Shown piece by piece: positions 53,751 to 64,000 of a stretch of DNA of 64,000 nucleotides. This DNA is from Chrysomallon squamiferum. Lineage: Eukaryota > Animalia > Mollusca. The notes under the pieces are model-generated. The model saw only the letters and a list, made by a program, of their open reading frames with translations. It had not been told where the DNA came from and did not search any database. Where the stretch lies: assembly GCA_012295275.1 (NCBI GenBank), contig CM022674.1, positions 12,586,001 through 12,650,000 on the forward strand, given 5' to 3'. Each line of letters opens with the position of its first letter. Position 1 is the stretch's first letter. The position numbers and the translations under genes were made by a program.

Positions 53751-56163
53751 ACGCTTATTATTAATATTATTTTAATATGTAAGTGTATTAATGTTAGAAC
53801 TAAATAATCTTGACAGAAAATAAAAATAATATTTGTTTCAACATATAGTAGGCTTATTTAGTCTAATATTAACATTGAAATAAAATAAAAAAAAAAATAA
53901 AATAAAAAAATTATGAATTATATTAAGATAAATAGTAAAATGTAAATCTGATTATCCTTTTAATTAATTAAAAATCAGATTTTGGTTTTTATTGTTTCAG
54001 GTGTTCAGAAAATGGTTCTGCTTGGTAGAACAATCCATCAATGTGAACAAGCACTCAGTCTCTGCAAACTTTTTCCAGGGTCTCTGTACTGCACAGCAGG
54101 TCTGTATTATTATTAAATTTTTATTTTATTTCTAAAATGAAATTCTTACTTTTGAACTTGTTATTATTGTAGTTTTCTTCATATGTGAATTTATTTTTGT
54201 GTCATGCATACATAATTTAGTCATTTAAAAAACCCATTATATTAGTTTTCTTTTCGGGTGAATTTTACAGGTATAAATATTGAATTAAGTAATTTAATAC
54301 ATCTTTTATAGCTGTTTTATTTTTATATATGAAATTAACTTTGTATTTCAAAAAATATATAAATAAATAAGTAAATTTAAAAAATAAATCAATCTTAAAA
54401 TTCAGTTTGCTACATTAAATTAAATAATGGCTAAAAAAGAAATGATCAAATATTACAGTACTGAAAAAAAGTGATTAGTCCTACAAATATAGTTCCAGTT
54501 AATTAACAGGTGTATAAACAAAATGTTTACTGAAAATATCAAATAATATTATTTTTTGGTGAAATTAAGAAAGAGAATATTAAAATTTGTGATCTAAACA
54601 TTCTAAAGTCACATGAAAAAATGGATTTTAAAAATATTTCTCAAACTGTTTCTAAATTTGCTTCTGTATACTCTGAAATATCTAACTATTAAAATATTTC
54701 ACAAATAAGTCTTAACATTTTTTTAAATATTAAGATATTGTTTTTGAAATGTCCAAATGATAATATATATATAAAATTTCATGAATTATTCCTGGAAAAA
54801 CAACTTCTGTTTAAGATAAAATCTCCATATAACAATCTATATAACATTTCTGGAATTGTTACAGAGAAAGCAACTGTCTATTTAAGATAAACCTGTTCAG
54901 ATGGTAATATATATAAAATGTTAGGAATTATTCTTGGAAAGCAAGTAAATATCTAGGATAAATTTCTAGGTAATAATGTATATATATATGTACAATATTT
55001 CAGGAATTGGTCCTAAAAATGCCATTATATGGACAGACGAGAAAGAGAAACAGCTGCTGGAGATAGCGTCCAGTCCACACTGTATTGCTATTGGTGAGTG
55101 TGGACTGAGTCCACCCTGGATTAACTCCACACTTCAACAACAGATGGATGTTTTTGAAAAGCAGGTACAAAAATATAATTGTTATTAAAACATAAATATT
55201 GTTGGAAATAATGCGTTCAGTGCTTCATTAAATAAATTGTGTCTCTTCAATAACTCTACAAGAAATGGCTGCTCTGCAGTATCTTTTTTTACTAAGAGAA
55301 ACCACTGTGATTGATTTTTAAATTTATTTTAATAATGTGGATTATGCTCCTTTTAGATTTAAATGATTAGAACATGTTTTAGTTGAAATGTGAACTTCGT
55401 GTTGATTTGGTACTAAAGTATCAACTATGTTACATTCAGTCATTTTCTCTCCTTTGGCAACAACAACAGATTTTAATCTTTGAACTGTGGTAAGTGAAAT
55501 TAAAAGATTTATTTGTATTTTTCTATTAACATATGTCATCTGGATTTTGGATTTTGATTTTACTGTTAAAAATGTTTTAATTGTTATCAACCCTTTCATG
55601 TATTGCCTTTATTATTATTATTATTATTATTTTTTTTTTTTTTTTTTGTTCTCTTTTTAAGATTCAGCTGTCCATCAAGTTGAAGAAGCCTCTAGTTGTA
55701 GTGGAAAGGAAGGCACACACAGAGATGTTGTCACTGCTGCAGAAATACAAAAGTCAGCTTGTTGATGTGGCCGTCAACTTCATTCCAGAATCAGCTTCAC
55801 AGATAGAGAACTACATTGAGGAAGGCTGCTACATATATGTTCAAGGTTTATCTGTCTGACTGACTGTTAGTCTTTTTGATGTGTAGATTTAATATTATTT
55901 CTGTAGTGTGTCAGTACAGTAGATCAGTCTGGTAATATTTTATTTAGGAATATATCTATCTGTCTGACATCAAATCTTATGATATACATTTTTGAAATTA
56001 TTGTTACATGATTTAAATATGATGTAGATTTAATGTGTTAATTTAGTGGTAAATAAAATATTTTATCTGAGGTTTTTTTCCTAATTATTATTTTTTTTTT
56101 TTAAATTTAAATTTAAATTTTATTATTATTTTTATTATTATTATTATTGTTTTGGTTTTATTA

Positions 56164-56194
<31 letters not shown>

Positions 56195-56831
56195 TTTTTT
56201 TTTTTGCTTTTATTTCTTATTATTTTTTTTTTTTGCTTTTTATTTATTTATTTATTTATTTATTTCATATTTTAAAATTCTGTTCTATTACTTTTCAGGT
56301 AATGCCTTTTTGCCTAACTACAAGAACTGGTTTGGTAAATGGCTGAAGGACACAGACAGTGAAAACATCCCACTGGAAAAACTTCTGTTGGCCAGTTTTT
56401 CTCCACACTATGGCTTGCAGAGCAGCACTGACCTTGATGTTTACACCAGCAAGGCAGATGAGGATGTGTATGTTAAAAAGTCGTTCGAGTTGATGCTGGC
56501 AAATTGCAAAGATTCTCACAATGAACCATGCAGTCTTCCCGCGCTGCTTATAATGATGTGTCGCCAAACTGGTGAAATCACCAACCCGCTCTCGTTGAGT
56601 AAAAAACTCACTCACAACTCAATGACATTTTTTCGACTCACCAAGGAAAGTGAAGAAACAGCAGAAGAGATAAAGCCTGATGGACAGAAACCCACAGAGA
56701 AAATGGGTTGTCATTGGTCGTTCTACTTTAAATCCTTGTTACTTGCAGTTATTGTTGGTTTATTTGCTGTTGTTGCAGTTGTTATTAAGAATGCTCTTGT
56801 TCTGAATGAAGCCAAAGTTGATAAGAGTTAA
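50862..56831 (+). CDS. RRM + degenerate TatD-family nuclease domain + C-terminal transmembrane helix, 7 exons, 478 aa
   Basis: Exons 50862-50916, 52035-52209, 53292-53521, 54001-54099, 55004-55164, 55662-55845, 56299-56831 (1437 nt, phases consistent). RRM: RNP2 VIIGNI, RNP1 KGFAAASV, beta4 NGRNMKGHRITV. TatD motifs: LFDAGVYLTHPKF, YCTAG, AIGECGL, KKPL, IPLEKLLL, NEPCSL. TM segment SLLLAVIVGLFAVVAVVI. Confidence 0.85.
54770..55015. repeat. Degenerate tandem repeat containing copies of the exon-5 acceptor junction
   Basis: atttcatgaattattcctgg, atttctggaattgtt and atgttaggaattattcttgg precede the real atttcag|gaattggtcct. Confidence 0.6.
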
Positions 56832-59530
56832 GTTGGTGTTAGAAATAGTTACAACAGTGCCTTGTTGTTTTAACAAAGTTAAAGATCTGAAATAATTTTT
56901 CTCTTTATTTTTGGTCACTTGACAAAGTGGATGTTTTCAAGATGTGACAAAATATGTTAACATGTTTTGCAATGTAAATCATACTGCAACAACCACTAAT
57001 CTTTTTTTTAAATTTATAACATAACATTTGAGAATTAGCATGTTTTTTAATTTGGTGGATTAAGACAGTTTAGTCAGTTATGAACAGATTTTTTTCTTTG
57101 AGTTAATTGAAAGCTTTCAGCTCAGTATATGGTTTGATATCTTAATTTTATTTTAAAATAGGTCTTAGTTTTTTCATTTAGACAATATAGTAAAAAAAAC
57201 AAAATCAAAATCAAAATCAAAAAAAGATTTCTGTTTAGATTTCTATATTTCTTTTTCCATTTTCATTTTCTTTTTCTAAAATTAATAACATCATCTTTAC
57301 TAGATGGAATATTTCTAAAATTAAAAAATATATATCTCAAACAGAATCAGTCTTGAGAGCTAAATTTTATTCATGGTGGTAATATTCTGTATGATAAAAT
57401 AAGCAAATAATGGATTTAGTTTACCCAGGAAACTACTTTTGAATGTCACAAACTGGAAATACTCCTTGAAGTTTTTCCTAACAACACTGGTTCTGAACTA
57501 GGATGATAAATGTGCAAAGAACTAAGTGAATAGATTGTTTATTACAACCATTATTTTCCTTTTTTTCTCCTTTGTTGGTTTTAAATTTACATTAATTTTC
57601 AAAATAACATATGAACTAATTAAAAAAAATTTTTATTTCAAAATAAATAATATTATGAAATCAAAATAGTTAAATAGATTTTTAATTTGGTATATTATGG
57701 CAAGGATAAAAAAAAAAGATAGAAAATAAAAAATAGAAAAATAAAATAAACAACATGTATAGTATGCATTTACAAAAGAACAGACATTTTATGAGAAAGA
57801 TTTGAAACTAGGAATTATAACTAACTTGTTAGAACGAGCAAATTTTGTCAAAATAATATTTAACTTTGAAATAAAAACTGAATTGTAGTTAGAGTTTTTA
57901 GACAATACATTTTAATATTCTGAGTACTGTTAAAAAGAAATTTTAACATTAGATTACTCTTTAAAATGATTTATTAATCCAGCAAACAAATTTAACTTGA
58001 ATGATATCAGTTAATAAGTTGACATAGCCACAATAATTTTATTGGTAACATATTCAAATTTTTACATCCATATAACACCCAATACATGATGTATATTTAT
58101 TCTAAGTTACTATTCATTGCTTTATTCATTCATACAGTTTTCTGTTGTGTTGTTAAGACAAACTTTTTTTTTAAAAATGGTGATAATTCAGTATAACATT
58201 CATTGTTTGAACTGTTTATTCAGATATGAAATGACGCAGAGCAAATGATGGTGAATATATTACTTACATGGCAGTGTGAATTTCAGTAATGTTTTTAATT
58301 AATTATTAAGTAAGATTTCAAGAGAAATGAATTTCTCACAGTATGTGAATTGTATACAGTGTTGTTGAAAAACTGTTGTTGAAAAAGTGATTAATCTGAA
58401 ATGGTTTGTCAAGGCACAGAAAGAAAACAATCTATGAAGAATGAGTTAGATGTCAGACATTTTGTTTTATTGTAAAATAATAATAGTAATTTGGTGTTGT
58501 TTTTGTTTTTTTGTACTGTACTCCATTATTTTGATATTTTAAAAACATATCCAATATTCTTTTGACTGTTTAAATACTGAAATATTTTGACAACATAGAG
58601 CAGAATCAAATTTTTATTATTTTTTTTTTTTAAATGTTTTTGTTTACATTAGTCTTTTAACATTAGTTTTGTTGTGGGTTTTTTAATATTCTTACAACAC
58701 ATTGGCAGATCTAAATGGTGTCAAGTGCAGTTGTTATGGTTACAAAATGATGTTAATTGTTAAAAATAGCAATTTATTGCCCTACAAACTTATTCTGAGA
58801 ATCATATACAGAATTTGTCACCAGAATAAGTTACTCTTATGCAATTTCAAATGGATATAAAGTTAAATATTTTAGAACTGTTATTATTATTATTATTATT
58901 TGTTTGGGCTTTTTTTCATTGCTAATCTCTGGAAACAGTGGATGGATAAAAATGATTGAAAATAAGGTGTTTTTCAATATCCTTTCTCAGAACACAGAAA
59001 CATTTCTTTTAGAGGGATCACATTTTACTCATATTTATACAATTGAATAATAATTGATAATAATTTTTTTTTATTATTATTATTATCAGGAAAACAGGGT
59101 AGAGGATAGTTTGTAAAGTCACAGGATTGCAGCAGATGCAGGTTTTGATTTAAAGAAGGGTCACATGCATTTTCTTAACCAGATTTTAGTTTAAAATATT
59201 CAGATATATGTTTAATTTCAGTACTGTCTTTGAGTGGTGCATGCTGGGAATTAATGTATTTTGTAATATGTTGTATTTTTTGACTGGATTGTAAGCAGTT
59301 TTAAATATTGATTGCAAGTCATTTTGGTGTAATTCAGTTGTAATCCTAATTTAGAAGTAATATGTTATTTATGATGTTTTGACCACCTAATTAATAGATA
59401 CACAACCCTAATTAACAGGTATGATATGAGTTTAATCCATTAAACAAGAATTATTTCTGCCTAACTGTTTTTATCAAAACTTCTAATTTTCTGGTTCATA
59501 TGCTTTTTTGAACCAGCATAGGCACAAAAA

Positions 59531-59597
<67 letters not shown>

Positions 59598-60583
59598 TCT
59601 ATACAGAATACTCAAAATAAGTGTGTATATAATCTATCTGTCTTAAACAGTTATACAGTTATTTTGAACATTATTTTTTGGTTACTAAATTACAGTTAGC
59701 TGTGCCTTTTTCACTATGAGAAAATGAGACATCGAAAAGAAATCCATTGGACTGTATACTTTAACTTCTGCAGTTATTTCCCTTAGCTGTATTTATTTCA
59801 CTTGGTTGTTCTGCTCTAATGTGTTATTGCATATTCATAAACAAAATACTATGGTAATGTATTCACCATGATTTTATTAACATAATATATACTGTAGATG
59901 CAATAAGCAGCAAACTTCAGCAACAACAAAAATGTTAATCAAGCTTGTTAAGAATAAATATGACTTTGGAATTTTTTGAAGCATAATAAACAAAATATAT
60001 ATTAATAATAATAACTAACCAAAAAAAAAAAAAATAGTATTGAAAAAGATACATCTTTTAAATTTCATTATTTCTTCTGTGATGTTAAAAAAATTGTTTA
60101 AGCTTTGTTGTTTAAGAATTAGTATTGTTATTTATTATATCTTTGTTGTGTTTTGAAGCCATTTATTTGCCATTTTGAAGTTTTATGGTTTGTTTTTTAC
60201 TATTGCATGATATTCGATGCTGTGTGTTTGGACTGTAATGTTAGTTTGTAGTTTCTGATTGTCAGTTTGTTCATCTATGACTGTTAGTTTTGGAATGTTA
60301 AAATTTTATTTTATCATCAGCAATTAACATAATTATTACATCTGCTTTTGTAGAAACAGTATTTTTGTATTTTATTTATTTTATTTGTAAAATTTCTATT
60401 TTAACTAATTTTAAACATTTATTATATTTTATAATAATTTAGTTACTTCAATTTTTAAATGTTTTTGTTAAATTTTATTTGTAATACTTATTTTTACAAT
60501 TTTTTTTATAATTTAATTTTTCATGTATTTATTTTAATTTAATTCTGTTATTATTATTATTATGATTACTATTATTATTATTA

Positions 60584-60622
<39 letters not shown>

Positions 60623-61247
60623 TTAAAAACTAATTTTTTAATTGTTATTAACAAACATTTTACAAAATCAAAAGAAAACATTTAGTTAATGTTTATCCAT
60701 CATCATATTTCACAACATATTTTTGGTTTTTATTAACTGACATTAATCCAGTTGTATCTGAAGATTTTCTCCACCTGGAAAGTTGAAATTTGAAAACAAG
60801 TTATTGTTGTTTATCATTGTTGTGTGAAATAAATATTAATTTTTAATTTTTTTTTTTTTACTGGTGTTATAATGTTAATATATTATTGGATTTGTTGTGA
60901 TAAATTTGATTTTTCAATTGTTGTATGAATTTTTAAGGTTGTTGTTTTTATCGTTCATAATGAAATTTTTACATACTTTTACTGTTACTTGTATTAGTTT
61001 TCAATGTTAAAATAAAGTGTTGTTTTATCACTTTGGGTTTTGTATTCCCTGTTTAGCATTATAAACGAAACATTTTTATTAATTTATTTAAATAAAACAG
61101 TAAAATATGTTTAACCATTATTGATATGATATTCATATTTATGATTTGTTTGAAAGCACTGATTTCACAGTTACCTGGTACAGAATATACCTCATTTTAA
61201 AGTTTAGCAATATAAAGACATCTGGATTTTTGTTCATGTTTTCTGGA

Positions 61248-61292
<45 letters not shown>

Positions 61293-62119
61293 TGCACAGA
61301 ACATAGACAAATACATTTAGCTTACATAGGACAGAATGAATTTTGTAAATGGTTCATAAAGTTTATAGATTAGCATTATAAAAAATTTAATCTCATATGA
61401 TGTACATGCAGATGGTATTGTGCTGTACTTAGGATAAAAACTGAACTAAATGTTAATTCAAAAAAAAAATTAAGTTTGATAAAGATGATTTGAGAATCAT
61501 AGAACATTATTAAAGAATCCTTTAGAAGGAGAGTTATACTGATGGAGAATTATTTTATTTAAATTATATTTTCTCTAGTGTAACAGTGTGAAGAAGATTA
61601 CCAATAGGTTCTGCGTTACATAATTTGTAAATTTGTTCATTAATAATAGAAAAAAATGAAATAGTTTTATCTTTGAACTAATATTATTATGCATATAATT
61701 CCAAAAATATTAGACATTTGAAAGACAATAGAAATAAGTAAATAAAACACTAATTATGGCTTTAAAATACGTTTTCTGTTTCAAGAAAGATAAATCATTT
61801 TAGACGCTTATTATTTTTAGTTTCCTCATGCAAAACCTAATGCTTTGTCACTTGGAGCTAAGGAAAAGTCACATCAGACTGAGCACACGATTACGCGTTA
61901 AGTGAGACGTAATGAAAGAAATTAATATTTAATTAGAAAATAACTGATGATGATAGTGATAAAAGACGATGGTGTGAAAGACGATGGTGACAGTTATGAT
62001 GGAGGTCATGATGATGATGATAATAATAGTAAAAAGAATAAGAATTAAAAACTTCTGTTAATAGATAGTAATTCAAAATTACATTCATAAGAAAATTATT
62101 AGATAAGAATGTATATAGA

Positions 62120-62125
62120 TAATGA

Positions 62126-62170
<45 letters not shown>

Positions 62171-62430
62171 AACTACTACTACTAATAATAATAAGAAGAA
62201 GAAGAAGAAGAAGAATTAAAAAACGATTATGTAAGAATGTTCACAGATAATAATAATAGTAATAATAATAACACAACAATAGCAACAATAATAACAGTTT
62301 TAGTAATAATAATGATATAATGATGATGATGATGATGATGATGATGATGGCAACAACAGCAATTATAACAACAAAACTACTAATGCTGCTGGTAATGCTC
62401 CTACTGCTACTACTGTTACTATTACTAATG
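62120..62430. repeat. Compound trinucleotide microsatellites (ACT, AAT, AAG, GAT, AAC)
   Basis: Directly visible. Confidence 0.9.
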
Positions 62431-64000
62431 AAAATATTAATAATTATATATTTTTTATAGTCTATAAATAAACAAAAATAAAATCCCCAATGAGATTTTT
62501 AACATCAGTAAATAACAGAAATCTGTATTTTTTAATTACCAGAAATAAAAGGACCAATGACAACAATAAGTAGAAAAAAAGGAAAACAATTAAAAATTAA
62601 TACATAATTAACAAAATTCTTATTTTATTTTAATTTTTTTTTTTTTTTTTTTTTTTTAATGACATTTCATTCTCCTATGCATGCTTATGAAGTTATAATA
62701 ATTTTAACACTGTATTACATGTTATTAATTTATTTTCTTTTAAAATAAATATTATTTTGCTGGCTGTTTTAAATGTGTGTTTGTTCCCTATATCTTTCGT
62801 CTTCTTTATTTAATTTGTAAGTTAATACAAATTAGTTAAACTCAGTATTAGTAAATATTTTAAAAGAAAAAAAGGACAAATAAAACTTACAAATATTAAG
62901 ACAAAAACTTAACCTCATACGAAATAACTTCTGACCCGAATACAGTCTATTTCTCCAACTGAGAAAATAATAACACACACATTATACACACACTGGACAC
63001 ACGATTTGGGACAGTCTAGCCTGTGCACGCGGGTTAATGAAAGAAAAACTGCTTACATCATTTGTGTTTCCGATTCAGAAGTTGGATGATTCTTTTTGTG
63101 TTTAAACTGACTTGAACTTTTATTGATACGGCTGGCACGGAATACCAACAAAGCCGATAATTTATATCGGCCGAGCGAAAACCACCAAGACAAAAGATGA
63201 AAAAATTACGGTGAAGAATCTACGGCTGCAATAACGAGGTATTTGGATAGTTAACTCTCCTTTTTTTTTTTTTTTCTTTCTGTTTTTATGTTTTTGATTA
63301 CTTAAAAACAGACCATATCGTTATAATTCAGCTGGTTATCATATTAGTATTATTACTACTGAAAAAATACTTTAATTTATTTATTTTTACATTATTTCTA
63401 AACTATTTTGGTATTTATAATGATATACTGTATATATATATTTACGATAAAAAAAATAAAAAAAAAAAAATAATAAAAAAAAATTCCGCTATTAATCGGA
63501 GTCCATAAAAATATAAGATAAAACTTTATTTATTCATATATATTTTTTTTTTTTTATTATTTAGTTTTCACATATTTTTTTAAGCTGAATACATCTCATA
63601 AATATTTCATCGTCATTTTAAAGTTTATGGTTTTGGCGTTACAAACACATCACACATCAAAATGATTAATTATGTTTTCAATTAATTTGCCTTTGCTTTT
63701 ATTATTTTTTAATTATCATTATTGATTTAACTAGCTAATGAAAATTAAATTATCATCGTTTAACCCAGCATTATTATGATTTTTTATCTGTACAACTGCA
63801 TATAAAGTGAATTAAATAAGACTATATCAATACATTTATGTAAAGTTAATGTCAAAGTCATTATGGCAGAAATATAAGTGCCAGTTCATATCTGCAAAAG
63901 TTACATTTTTGAATACAGAGCCAAATTTATAAATCATATTACTGTAGAATATTTTGGAGCTCTGTAAGTATATTTGTATACATATTTAAAACAAAATAAG

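Noticed and set aside
56832-61016. Specific poly(A) site for the RRM-TatD gene (AATAAA at 61011)
   Set aside because: Plausible, but AATAAA is too frequent in this AT-rich DNA to assign without 3'-end data.

Overview
AT-rich, microsatellite-dense animal genomic DNA. It looks lophotrochozoan or cephalopod-like, which is an inference from composition only. There are three spliced genes. (1) A 12-exon MFSD8-like MFS transporter on the minus strand (1223-10864). (2) A ~40-exon CHD3/4/5 (Mi-2) chromatin remodeller on the minus strand (14215-46267). It contains a U12-type intron, two intronic H/ACA scaRNA copies resembling ACA57/SCARNA11, several frame-preserving candidate cassette exons and alternative C-termini with or without a SUMO-interacting motif. 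(3) A divergent 7-exon plus-strand gene (50862-56831) with an unusual architecture: RRM, then a TatD barrel lacking most metal/catalytic residues, then a C-terminal transmembrane anchor. An overlapping uORF precedes it. Also present are a hAT MITE, fold-back repeats, a 12-bp minisatellite and tandem repeats built from splice-junction sequence. All gene models were assembled by hand from splice signals, phase and remembered family motifs; none is confirmed by transcripts.
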